NCBI GenBank assembly: GCA_963793425.1
Contig: CAWCAG010000003.1
Coordinates: 1 to 64,000, forward strand
Reading direction: 5' to 3'
Length of the DNA: 64,000 nucleotides
DNA from: an uncultured cyanobacterium
Lineage (GTDB): Bacteria; Cyanobacteriota; Cyanobacteriia; Cyanobacteriales; CAWCAG01
Under the pieces are notes generated by a model. That model made no database searches. It was given only the letters and a program-made list of their open reading frames with translations, and was not told where the DNA came from. Position numbers and translations under genes: made by a program. The stretch's first letter is position 1; the number at the start of each line of letters is the position of its first letter. This document shows positions 1 through 9,546 of the stretch, one piece after another.

Positions 1-170
1 TCGCCATCAAAGCGGTGGTAATTGCCCTCACCAGTGGTATCTCTGCTTGCGGAGATAACCTGCTGCTCGATGTCGCCTTGCCAACCCTAGTGGGAATTGG
101 CTTAGAGGCGGTCAACGAGAGAGACAGCAGACGGGTAGAGGAACAGCTACGACGACTCCGGACTAAGTAG
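1..170 (+). CDS. 3' end of a small hydrophobic hypothetical protein (partial)
   Basis: Open frame from window edge AIKAVVIALTSGISACGDNLLLDVALPTLVGIGLEAVNERDSRRVEEQLRRLRTK, TAG at 168-170, followed by a hairpin. Confidence 0.5.
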   Translation, partial: AIKAVVIALTSGISACGDNLLLDVALPTLVGIGLEAVNERDSRRVEEQLRRLRTK

Positions 171-199
171 GGAGACGGGGGAACCCCCCCTGTTTTCCT
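171..199 (+). terminator. Possible intrinsic terminator
   Basis: GGGGG-AA-CCCCCCC then TGTTTT directly after the stop codon. Confidence 0.4.
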
Positions 200-312
200 T
201 GCTGTTGCCGTTACCAAAATAGGGCAGATGGAATAAGTAAATAAGCAATACAGAATTTCAGGGTTTGCAGCTTCGTTAGCCAACTTTTTAAATTTGGACT
301 TTTAACTCAAAT

Positions 313-1974
313 ATGTATACAGCTATTTCCTTTGCACCAGTGCAAGGTTTTATTGAAAAGTCTCGTAAGTTGAGAGATTTGTTTGGAGCATCTCTAATCC
401 TCTCCCACCTTACCTCTAAACTAATTGAAGGGCTGATTCCTAAGCAAGAGAGGGGAGAAAGAGTTATTTCTCCAGGGTTGCTGCAATTCGAGAAGGGTAT
501 GCCCAACAAAATTTTGCTAAAGGGGGAGTATTCTTCAGAAGAGATTAAGAATGTTTTCTTATTGAGTTGGAAAAATTTATTGACCGAGTGTAAAAAGTGG
601 CTACAAGAAAATGTACAGGTTGACTCTGGGTATCAATGGGAGAGACACTGGCGTAATTGGGGCAACCATGCTTGGGAAGTCTTCTGGGGTGTGGGAGATA
701 CACCAGATTCAGCAATGAAAGACTTGGAAAATCGCAAACTTTCCCGTCGTTGGACAGCTATCAATTGGCAGTGGGATAGTTCTAGTCTTAGTGGTGCAGA
801 CGGTATCGTCTTTCCTAATATGAGTTCTCCGGACTTTGCACCCCAAAAAGATAAGTCAAAGGAAGAAAAGAAGGAACAAAACCGTAAGCATAAAGAAGCT
901 ATTGATAGTTTTTATCGGCAACTGGCAGAAGTTTTAGATGATTCTAAGTCTAATGCTTCTCAGAATGAAGATGATGAACCAGAAGGGAAATTCATTGACT
1001 CCAACGAAAGATTAAGCATTCCGGAGTTAGTTAAACGTTTAGTTACCAGGGAAGATATTGCTGAAGAAGTAGGTATAAGCCAGTTACATCGTGGTTTTAA
1101 AGAAATTAGGCGTATTCCTGAAAAGAAAACAACTAATCCTGAAGAGTCACAGGGGCAGTGGACAGGTTGGTTTATGGGAGATGGGGATAAGGTAGGAGAT
1201 TACGTCAAAGGTTTATATGAGAAAGAGGGAGAAGCAGGACTCCGGAGATTTAGCCATGCTCTCCGAGATTGGGGAAAACGATTCCAAGAATTTTTCCCTA
1301 GCAGATTGGGAAGGGTTATTTATGCAGGAGGAGATGACTTTTTAGGAGTTATTTATAGCAAAAAAATAAACCAACAGATTCCTGGGACTACAGCCGTAGA
1401 TTGGTTGAGGGAATTGTCTCAAAAGTGGCAAGAGCATAAAGAAAAAATTACTCTCAGCGTTGGTTTTGTCTGGGCTGCGCCCCGTGTACCTCAGAGGGAT
1501 TTATTACAACATTGCCGCCAAACAGAAAAACTAGCTAAGAGTTTAGGGCGCGATCGCGTAACGATTAGGGTGTTATTTAACAGTGGGCAATATGTGCAAT
1601 GGAGTTGTCCTTGGAACTATTTGCACATATTAACCAAGTATCAAGATAGGGAAGGTATCGGTTATCGTAATGGAGACTTTCTACAGTATGAAGATGCTAA
1701 AGGCAATCCCTGGGACGAACCTCCTAATTGGAGTCATGTTTACACAGATTTAGCACACCTTAAAGCTAGGCACGTTATAGATTTAAACGCTAACGAAGAT
1801 AATGCTGATGACCGCATCGCTTTGAAATTATTTGACCTCTATTTCCGTAAACAAAGTGAATATTTAACTGATAATTCAGAACGAATTATTGGTAAAAACG
1901 AGGGGCTAGAGTATACCGATGTAAACCATTGGATTGACGGCTTAATCCAAATCGGTTGGCATTTATGTTCCTAG
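313..1974 (+). CDS. cas10: Type III-B CRISPR Cas10/Cmr2, short form without HD domain
   Basis: N-terminal FAPVQGFIEKSRKLRDL (Cmr2 N-term), palm motifs FMGDGD and YAGGDDFLG; only 553 aa, no HD domain. Confidence 0.95.
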   Translation: MYTAISFAPVQGFIEKSRKLRDLFGASLILSHLTSKLIEGLIPKQERGERVISPGLLQFEKGMPNKILLKGEYSSEEIKNVFLLSWKNLLTECKKWLQENVQVDSGYQWERHWRNWGNHAWEVFWGVGDTPDSAMKDLENRKLSRRWTAINWQWDSSSLSGADGIVFPNMSSPDFAPQKDKSKEEKKEQNRKHKEAIDSFYRQLAEVLDDSKSNASQNEDDEPEGKFIDSNERLSIPELVKRLVTREDIAEEVGISQLHRGFKEIRRIPEKKTTNPEESQGQWTGWFMGDGDKVGDYVKGLYEKEGEAGLRRFSHALRDWGKRFQEFFPSRLGRVIYAGGDDFLGVIYSKKINQQIPGTTAVDWLRELSQKWQEHKEKITLSVGFVWAAPRVPQRDLLQHCRQTEKLAKSLGRDRVTIRVLFNSGQYVQWSCPWNYLHILTKYQDREGIGYRNGDFLQYEDAKGNPWDEPPNWSHVYTDLAHLKARHVIDLNANEDNADDRIALKLFDLYFRKQSEYLTDNSERIIGKNEGLEYTDVNHWIDGLIQIGWHLCS

Positions 1975-2039
1975 CGTTGCTGATTTATGCCTGAATCAGA
2001 AAATGATACTGTCCGTAGCTCTTAGCCATTAGCAATTTT

Positions 2040-3044
2040 ATGTTTAAACACCTAATTATTATCAACCCTCTGGGTACAATGTACGGTAGTTCAGGGGGCT
2101 TCCTTTCCCCAGAAAATTTAGTAGGTATCTCTCGGCGTAAGTTTCCCCCTGAAGCAGCTACCCTCTCTGGATTGTTTTTTCTTGCTGCTGAAGAAGGTGG
2201 AACTAAAGAGTTTGCTTCCCATAAAGAACTCAAAGGAAAGCTGCACGTTGCTGGGCCATTCTGGGCGAAGCTAAACGACCCCTATAACTTCTATGTACCA
2301 ATCCCTTGGCATAAGGTCATAGCTAAAGAAGAAACCGATGAATGGCACATTGAGGAAGGTAAATGGCAGCGTAACCAAGAAGAAATCGAACCAGATTATA
2401 AGTGGCAAACTATTGATTCCTGGGATGATTCACCAGATACCATCTTAAGCAATGAATCTGCTAGTGCAGACCCTTGGAAGTTCACTCCGATTTTGCATCC
2501 TCATCTCAAACCAGAAGAGCGTTGTAGTAAAAGTGAAGATGGTTTGTTCTTAGAAAGTGCAGTGCAAATGCCAGAAGACCACTGTTTAGTTTACCTTTCT
2601 ACCCACAAGTTACCGGATGGTTGGTATCGCTTTGGAGGAGAAAATCACACTGTAGAAGTTACTAGTGAGCCAATTGATGAAGGGCTTACAGAACAGTTTG
2701 ACCAACCTTTAGGTAACGCTTTCACCCTCATAACGCCAGGAATCTGGGGTTCTAATCGCTTTTCTGAACGTTATCCTCAACCCTTAGCGCAAAAAGCACC
2801 AACAAAAGGTAAGCCCTTAATGCTAACGGATAAGCCTATTCCCTATCGCTACCGTCTCTCTGGCTTTATGGGTAGGGGGCGTTATGCTGTCGCCCCTGGT
2901 AGTGTCTATGTTCTGGAGAAGGCTTTAGAAGAGTCTTGGTGGGACTTACCTGAAGACTGGTTTCCCACTGAAGGTATCAGTCTGAAAAAAATGGGTTGTG
3001 GTCTTTGTTTACCTGTCAATATTAAAGGATTAGACAATGTATAA
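2040..3044 (+). CDS. cmr3: Cmr3 (Cas5-group RAMP)
   Basis: Follows cas10; FPPEAATLSG, RFGGENH, LITPG, AVAPGSVY and C-terminal MGCG Gly loop. Confidence 0.88.
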   Translation: MFKHLIIINPLGTMYGSSGGFLSPENLVGISRRKFPPEAATLSGLFFLAAEEGGTKEFASHKELKGKLHVAGPFWAKLNDPYNFYVPIPWHKVIAKEETDEWHIEEGKWQRNQEEIEPDYKWQTIDSWDDSPDTILSNESASADPWKFTPILHPHLKPEERCSKSEDGLFLESAVQMPEDHCLVYLSTHKLPDGWYRFGGENHTVEVTSEPIDEGLTEQFDQPLGNAFTLITPGIWGSNRFSERYPQPLAQKAPTKGKPLMLTDKPIPYRYRLSGFMGRGRYAVAPGSVYVLEKALEESWWDLPEDWFPTEGISLKKMGCGLCLPVNIKGLDNV

Positions 3045-3879
3045 AAAAGCTTACGGAATCATTGAAACCCTTGCTCCTCTTCATGTAGGAGCAACAGCAG
3101 GAGAAGAAAGTGGGAATTTGAACTTAATCTTCCGTGACCAGTTTACTCAAACTGGCATTGTCCCTGGTAGTTCCATTCGTGGACGTTTGCGTTCTGAGAT
3201 GCGTAATGACTTAGGAGAAGAAGAGGAAAGCTACTGGTATGGATACAAAGCAGAATCTACCCTTTCTGATAACACTACAGAATCTCGGATTAAGATTGAA
3301 CACGCTTCTATAGTTTGGCTACCTGTATTTTGTCCTGGTCAACCTATTGTTTGGGTAACTTGTCCGATGTTACTGCAAAGATATAAACGTGTTGTGGGTA
3401 TAGATGCAGACGTACCAGATCCCTACACAGCTTCTAACACTTTGCAACCTCTCCATGTAGAGGGAGAAGATAAGCTCTTTTTTAACTTCGGTTTCTTAAC
3501 TATCGAAGATGAGCAAGATTTGTCTGCCTGGTTTCCTTTTGGTCAGGAACTTCCTGCTGTGGTTGTTGCTAATGATGAAATCGCTATGATTCACGACATG
3601 GCTCTTTATCGGCAAAGTAGGGTGAGATTGGAAGATGATGAAAAAAGAGTTAAAGGGGGACAGTTTTTCAACACAGAAGCTTTGCCAGAACAAACCATAC
3701 TTATTTTCCCTATTGCTTTGAAGGAAAAGAAGGAAAGCCAAGATTCGCAAGAAGAAACAAAAGCCCAAAAAACTTGGCAACCTTTTAAAGATAAACGCAC
3801 TGAAGACATCTATTTGGGAGGGCTAGAATCTATTGGTTTTGGTCATTGCAAGCTGCTAGTCAAAGATAGACAAGACTAA
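3037..3879 (+). CDS. cmr4: Cmr4 (Cas7-group RAMP backbone)
   Basis: APLHVGA, IVPGSSIRGRLR, FFNTEALP, LGGLESIGFG; overlaps the cmr3 stop. Confidence 0.92.
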   Translation: MYKKAYGIIETLAPLHVGATAGEESGNLNLIFRDQFTQTGIVPGSSIRGRLRSEMRNDLGEEEESYWYGYKAESTLSDNTTESRIKIEHASIVWLPVFCPGQPIVWVTCPMLLQRYKRVVGIDADVPDPYTASNTLQPLHVEGEDKLFFNFGFLTIEDEQDLSAWFPFGQELPAVVVANDEIAMIHDMALYRQSRVRLEDDEKRVKGGQFFNTEALPEQTILIFPIALKEKKESQDSQEETKAQKTWQPFKDKRTEDIYLGGLESIGFGHCKLLVKDRQD

Positions 3880-3908
3880 CAAGGAAAACTAATAAAGGAG
3901 GAATAACT

Positions 3909-4307
3909 ATGGCATGGCAATCCTACAGCTTAGACCAAGAAGCACATGATTTAGCACTAAAATACCGTGAAGATAAAGATGCAGCCAAAGAAGCACACAA
4001 GATGCGTATGACTGTAGCCTATGGTTTAGAACGCTTTTGGGGAGAACATCTGCGTTTAGAAGGTTCTAGCAAAGGTGATTACTGGCAAGATACTTGGCAA
4101 GCCTTGCACGATATTTTAGCCTTAGCAGGGATTAATTTGCCTAATGATGAGGTTAGTAGCAATGATACTGAGGCTATTGAAGCAATGGCAGCTAAAATCT
4201 GGGCTTTTCCTACTAATCATAGCAAAGTCGCTTTAGCTATCCTTACCCAGTTGTGTGACAGCATGGTTTGGTGGACGCAACGTTACAAAAAGCGCCAAGC
4301 AGATTAA
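3909..4307 (+). CDS. cmr5: Cmr5-like small subunit (Cas11)
   Basis: 132 aa helical protein between cmr4 and a RAMP gene; AAGGAG RBS upstream. Confidence 0.7.
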   Translation: MAWQSYSLDQEAHDLALKYREDKDAAKEAHKMRMTVAYGLERFWGEHLRLEGSSKGDYWQDTWQALHDILALAGINLPNDEVSSNDTEAIEAMAAKIWAFPTNHSKVALAILTQLCDSMVWWTQRYKKRQAD

Positions 4308-4313
4308 CTGAAA

Positions 4314-4346
4314 AGCTAACAGCTAATAGCTAACAGCTAATAGCTA
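4314..4346. repeat. Heptamer tandem repeat (AGCTAAY)n, STRR-like
   Basis: AGCTAAC AGCTAAT AGCTAAC AGCTAAT AGCTA, intergenic. Confidence 0.8.
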
Positions 4347-4392
4347 CGAACAGATTACTTTATAATCCTATACTTTAAATCAGCAACGCCAA

Positions 4393-6084
4393 ATGCACAA
4401 CAGAGTACCTTTAATGTACCAGGCACAATTGCCGGAAAGAGGAAAAATTCAATATGCAGGGGATGAAGGCCCTGCTGCTAAGTGGATTGAACAATGGCTA
4501 GAAGGGTGTCCACCTGTTCCTAGTAATGTGGATGAAAAGATACCTCTTTATAAACGCCGTAGCCTCAAACCAGAAGTAAAGATGCCTGAATTTGGGCCGG
4601 AGGTAGAAACTAAAGACTACACCTTCAGTTGGCGTTTTGTAACTGATGCTGGTCAAGATGAAGGATGTATCCGTCCGGTTATTGGTGCTAAGGGTTTACC
4701 TTTTATTCCTGGTTCGAGTATGAAAGGTGCTTTCCTGCGTCATTGCCCTCAGAAAAAGAAACTCAAGTACTGTGGTGGCGAGGTACGGGAAAAGGGAGAA
4801 ATTAAGATGAAACCAGGGATTTTGCGTTTTCATGGCGCTTATCCTGTGGATATGTCTTGGGCAAAACGAAAGCGCTTGATGGATATTATTCATCCCCAGC
4901 AAGAACGTCAGGTGATGGAAAATAAAACTACTAGCGCACACGTGCAGATTTCCCTTTATCAACCAACTTTAAGGTTTGGTATTTCCAGTAGTAAAAAATT
5001 AACTACCCAAGAATGGCAGGAAGTTTGGGCTATTTGGGAACAAGCTTTAGGGGAGGGAATGGGTTCGCGGGTAAGTGCTGGTTATGGACAAGTTACATCT
5101 CTAGCTAGCCCGAAAAAGCCTTTGCTGGCAGTTCATTTGCAAGGGCAAGGATTAGCTTCCCAGTTACTGAATAATACCCCAGAGTTTCGTCCTAATATGT
5201 TTAAGGCAGCTTTGCGGGGTCACACTTTGCGTTGGTTAGCAGGGGTAACTGATAAAGAGACAGCTTTGGCTTTAACTAAACAACTCTGGGGTGGCATTGA
5301 TGGGGAAGCAGGGGCGATAGTTGGTAAGTTGGGAGTTAACTTCGTTGCTGATGAAGAGAATCTTCAGGTAGGGAAATATCGCTATGATTTGCAAAAAGGT
5401 GAGTTAGCTGTTCACTGTCTAGCTAAAGTGAGTACTCAAGAAAAGAAAGAGTTACGAAAGTTGGTTAGACAAATAATTAGATTCTCCTTATTACTGGGGG
5501 GTTTTGGTAAATCTTGGCGTAGGATAGACCATGAGCTTTTTTTTCCTAGCTATGTCAATAACAGCAACAATCCTGGGATTGGTTGTCATTGGCAGTTTGC
5601 GGAGGAATCGGAGAAACTGTATTTGCCAGTTCACTCTCTAAAAAATGTTACAGATTTTCTGGACTATTACCAAAATTTGATTACAGAATGGGTGCAATCT
5701 AACCGAAAAACAACTGGTAACTCAGTCCGGGAGTGGCGGGAAGCATGGCATCCGAGTAAAGTTCAAGTGTGGGGTCGTATTGCCCAGAGTGAGAGAGATA
5801 GCACAGCCATTTACTGGTTACATGGGCCATACTCTGGTAAGAAATCGATTAAGAACACTGCCTTGACAGGAAAGATAGGGCAAATTGGTCGTCTTTGGCA
5901 TCGTATGTATCCCCGTTACAAGAATTACAGAGACAAGAGTAGCGGAGAGATTGTTTTACGTTCTACAGGGGAGTATATAGAGTTGCTTACTCTTTTTCCT
6001 GATGAGTCTCAAACAACGACAGATTTTTTGAGATATCTATACAATGTGTCTGATTTTGAACTGTTGTTTGGCGAGATAAGATAA
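4393..6084 (+). CDS. cmr6: Cmr6-Cmr1 fusion (double RAMP)
   Basis: RAMP1: LPFIPGSSMKG ... GMGSRVSAGYG (Cmr6-like); RAMP2: FRPNMFKAALRG ... LWGG ... LLGGFGKSWRR (Cmr1-like); this fusion typifies cyanobacterial III-B variant loci. Confidence 0.85.
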   Translation: MHNRVPLMYQAQLPERGKIQYAGDEGPAAKWIEQWLEGCPPVPSNVDEKIPLYKRRSLKPEVKMPEFGPEVETKDYTFSWRFVTDAGQDEGCIRPVIGAKGLPFIPGSSMKGAFLRHCPQKKKLKYCGGEVREKGEIKMKPGILRFHGAYPVDMSWAKRKRLMDIIHPQQERQVMENKTTSAHVQISLYQPTLRFGISSSKKLTTQEWQEVWAIWEQALGEGMGSRVSAGYGQVTSLASPKKPLLAVHLQGQGLASQLLNNTPEFRPNMFKAALRGHTLRWLAGVTDKETALALTKQLWGGIDGEAGAIVGKLGVNFVADEENLQVGKYRYDLQKGELAVHCLAKVSTQEKKELRKLVRQIIRFSLLLGGFGKSWRRIDHELFFPSYVNNSNNPGIGCHWQFAEESEKLYLPVHSLKNVTDFLDYYQNLITEWVQSNRKTTGNSVREWREAWHPSKVQVWGRIAQSERDSTAIYWLHGPYSGKKSIKNTALTGKIGQIGRLWHRMYPRYKNYRDKSSGEIVLRSTGEYIELLTLFPDESQTTTDFLRYLYNVSDFELLFGEIR

Positions 6085-6158
6085 CTTCTTCTCAACAAGA
6101 ACATCAGAAATTGTGGTGATATCTAACGTCTACTTCTTATACTCTACTCTTTTTTGAT

Positions 6159-7838
6159 ATGGCAATTTGGCTTTTGACTATTGGTAATAGTGACGTTCAA
6201 CTAAAAAGAAATGTGAAGTGGAAGGATTGGCAACGTGATTTTAAAAAAGGGCTAAATAACTGTAATTTTACTCCGGTAGACAACGAACTAGCTAACAAAA
6301 CCAAGACTAGTCTTGTTCCTTCACGAGCTTTGGGATATGTTTACACTCAGGAATTGAAAGAAAAACCAGATAAAAAGGTAGATAGATACGCAAGTTTGGT
6401 ATTTCCTCTTCTCAATAACTTTTGTAGTTGTTTGAAGGCAAACGAAGATGGAAAACAGAATATTGAACTATCTCAAATTGTCATTTTTGTGACAGACCAA
6501 TCTCAAGTTTTTGCCAGCAACCAACTTAGTAAGTTCAATTGTCCTTATTGGCAGGATACTTGTGAGTTAGAGCCGATTATCTCCAAATATCTCAACGAAG
6601 CTTTTCCTAATGTCAGGCAAAAGTTCATTAGACTCTGCTCAAAGTCTTCTCAAGAAGGTCTAGAAAACTGGAATAGCACTTTAAATCTTGTCAAGGAAGA
6701 ACTTTCTGCTCTATTACCTGAACTCAATCGAAATTCAGAAGAAACAATTTATGTAAGTCATCAAGCTAGTACTCCTGCTATCTCTTCTGCGGTGCAGTTT
6801 ATGAGCTTAACTACCTTTGGCGATCGCATTAGGTTCTTAGTCAGTAATGAATACAATGATCAACCGGGGGAAATTATTGCTAGTTCTACTTATTTACGAG
6901 GAATTAAAGTTCAGCAAGCAACTGGTTTAATCAAAGCTGGCTCTCCTGGTGGCGCTATGCAGTTGTTGCAAGATGTAGAAGATATTAAAGCAGGAGATAA
7001 AAAAGAGTTAGATGCCTTGGTTAGTTTTTTCAATATTGAAAGTTCAGGAGATAGTAAAACTGATTTTGAAGTAGATATAACTATAGCTAGAATTATTAAT
7101 GCCCTCGACTTGATTGAGAAGTTCTTTGAACAGGAAAATTACATTCAAGGAATTACTCTCTTAGCGGCTGCTCAGGAAGCTTTTGTGAAAGCTGCTATCG
7201 TCAATAAATTAGAGAAACTTTCTACTATTTCTGGCCAAACTCAAGGCAAGGTTTATAGATTTAAACCTCGCCGACTCTTTAAATGGTTTGAAGGAGGGTT
7301 ATGGTTCGATGAGCGCTATTTGATAAGAGAACTCAATCTTAGTAAGGATGAAGTTCAATTAGCTAAGCAAGCAATTATGGCAAAATTAGGATTTACTTTA
7401 AGTAAGTATACAGGTCAAAACTGGCAACTACTTCCTTGGTTACAAAATTTAGCTAGCACATTTAAACCTTGGGATTTGCTAGAGTGGACTGGCAAGTATA
7501 AAAGAGACTTTGATAGCGACAAACGTAATCAAATTATGCACAATTTGCGAGGGGTAGAAAAAAAAGATGTTGTTAAGTACTTATTAGGAAAAGAGAATAA
7601 TGAAGATGTTGCTGAGTACTTACAAAGTAGAGATAAAGATAAAGCAGAACATTTATTAAGTAAAGATGAATGCGAGGAAATAACTAAAGGTATCACTAAG
7701 CAAGATATTTACGAAGTTTATCAAGAGAAAGTTAAACAACCTTTTATAGAAGCTATTCAAGATTTGAAATTACCTTACAAAAAAACTAATCTACAAAATA
7801 GGTTGAATAAGTTAGCAGAGCGATTAGCTATACAATAA
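6159..7838 (+). CDS. CRISPR ancillary effector: divergent CARF-like N-terminus plus HEPN RNase (Csm6/Csx1-like)
   Basis: Rossmann-like start IWLLTIGNSD, YVSHQASTPAIS segment, C-terminal RxxxxH motif RNQIMH; lies between cmr genes and the array. Confidence 0.7.
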   Translation: MAIWLLTIGNSDVQLKRNVKWKDWQRDFKKGLNNCNFTPVDNELANKTKTSLVPSRALGYVYTQELKEKPDKKVDRYASLVFPLLNNFCSCLKANEDGKQNIELSQIVIFVTDQSQVFASNQLSKFNCPYWQDTCELEPIISKYLNEAFPNVRQKFIRLCSKSSQEGLENWNSTLNLVKEELSALLPELNRNSEETIYVSHQASTPAISSAVQFMSLTTFGDRIRFLVSNEYNDQPGEIIASSTYLRGIKVQQATGLIKAGSPGGAMQLLQDVEDIKAGDKKELDALVSFFNIESSGDSKTDFEVDITIARIINALDLIEKFFEQENYIQGITLLAAAQEAFVKAAIVNKLEKLSTISGQTQGKVYRFKPRRLFKWFEGGLWFDERYLIRELNLSKDEVQLAKQAIMAKLGFTLSKYTGQNWQLLPWLQNLASTFKPWDLLEWTGKYKRDFDSDKRNQIMHNLRGVEKKDVVKYLLGKENNEDVAEYLQSRDKDKAEHLLSKDECEEITKGITKQDIYEVYQEKVKQPFIEAIQDLKLPYKKTNLQNRLNKLAERLAIQ

Positions 7839-7979
7839 CTATGTTGTGATCGCTTTGATTCAAAATCAAACAAAAATGGCGGGATGTGATCGCGATGGTG
7901 GGCTTCTCAAATTATGCCTACACACAATCAATCAAATAAATGTCTCCTGATATCCTGTGCATTTAAGATTACGATGAGT

Positions 7980-8274
7980 CAAGTAGTTGCTAATTGGTAA
8001 AAATTGAGTAGCAAATTTCTAATTTTCGTATGTATAATTACTTGATTTTGCGCGGCAGGGTAGGTCACAGAATTGCCTCTTTTTCAAAAATGGCTGAAAG
8101 TAAGGCAGAGATAGGGTTTCAGCGTTTTTCTATCGTAAGAGTACCGCGCACCTTACACAGCAAGAGTTTCAGCGTTTTGAGCTTGTTTTGTTGGTTCGAT
8201 TATGGTAAATTTGTAGGGGTTCCGCGCAAACGGGCTTTGAAAGCTAAATATAATAAGGGTTTCAGAGTACCGCA
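7980..8274 (+). promoter_or_regulatory. CRISPR leader
   Basis: Non-coding region before the first perfect repeat; three (G/A)GTTTCAG motifs (~8114, ~8165, 8257) and two CCGCGCA motifs; degenerate repeats are at the far end of the array. Confidence 0.75.
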
Positions 8275-9259
8275 GGTTCACCAATTTCCTTAAATTGGTA
8301 TTGTTGGAAACATAAGATCACCTACCCATGAGAAAATTGAGACATGGGTTCACCAATTTCCTTAAATTGGTATTGTTGGAAACAAAAAGGATTTTACTGG
8401 TTCTTTTGCCTACAAAGGGTTCACCAATTTCCTTAAATTGGTATTGTTGGAAACGTATTACTACCCGATACATATCAGCTTTTCATAATCAACGGTTCAC
8501 CAATTTCCTTAAATTGGTATTGTTGGAAACTTCCAGTCAATTAAAGATAGTTGTCCATCCACGGTTCACCAATTTCCTTAAATTGGTATTGTTGGAAACT
8601 CCTCCTCTGGCTCTTCTTTCCACCCTGACTTTTCCTTGGTTCACCAATTTCCTTAAATTGGTATTGTTGGAAACAATTCCTTTAAAACCCCCAAATTGAC
8701 CTTTGCCGGTTCACCAATTTCCTTAAATTGGTATTGTTGGAAACTATTCCTTCCTCATCTTCATAGAGCATCTCGTAAGGTTCACCAATTTCCTTAAATT
8801 GGTATTGTTGGAAACACCAAGGATTCAACCTCAGCAATAGCATCTTGCACCGGTTGGGTTCACCAATTTCCTTAAATTGGTATTGTTGGAAACGCGGATG
8901 TAAGATGTGTTTCCACTCCTGCCCTTCGGTTCACCAATTTCCTTAAATTGGTATTGTTGGAAACATACTCAAGTATCGGTGCATCAGATGGCTCTGCGGT
9001 TCACCAATTTCCTTAAATTGGTATTGTTGGAAACACGTCGATGAAATTTTTAAACTCTCCCCTCTTAGGTTCACCAATTTCCTTAAATTGGTATTGTTGG
9101 AAAACCACTTTTGGAAGTAGCGCGATCGCATTTTGATTATAGCTATGGTTCACCAATTTCCTTAAATTGGTATTGTTGGAAACGCGATCGCATATATCTT
9201 TTGGCCACCAAGGCGAAATATCGGTTCACCAATTTCCTTAAATTGGTATTGTTGGAGAC
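8275..9259 (+). CRISPR. CRISPR array: 14 repeats (37 nt GGTTCACCAATTTCCTTAAATTGGTATTGTTGGAAAC) and 13 spacers of 32-42 nt
   Basis: Repeats start at 8275, 8347, 8418, 8494, 8563, 8638, 8708, 8779, 8857, 8928, 8998, 9068 (variant end), 9147, 9223 (GGAGAC end); hairpin ACCAATTT-CCTT-AAATTGGT. Confidence 0.99.
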
Positions 9260-9281
9260 GCGAAAGAAACTACCATTAATA

Positions 9282-9546
9282 GGGTCAAATATAGCGAGGC
9301 TGTTATGAAGTACACTTTGTCCCAAAAGTATTGATATATAAGGGTTTCAGAGTCGAAGGTTTTGTATATCTTTTTTAGTAGTATACACGTAGAGAATAGC
9401 TACATAGCAGATATATCAGTAGCTAGAGCAATCGAGGAATAAAATGAAGAGGAAGCCTTTCATGACGAATTAGAGCAGGCTTCAAACGAGGGTAAGCATT
9501 ACTTGCCCAGATGTTTCCATGCCCAAGTTCTAGCATCTGCGATCGC
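9282..9546 (+). repeat. ~265 bp direct repeat, copy 1 (copy 2 at 13257-13523)
   Basis: Near-identical sequence, both copies ending at a HIP1 GCGATCGC. Confidence 0.9.

Noticed and set aside
8275..9259. Spacers targeting this window itself
   Set aside because: No match seen by eye; an exhaustive alignment was not possible
8030..9325. ORFs across the leader and array (8030-8293, 8328-8699, 8943-9131, 9111-9308, 9143-9325)
   Set aside because: Translations of CRISPR repeats and leader
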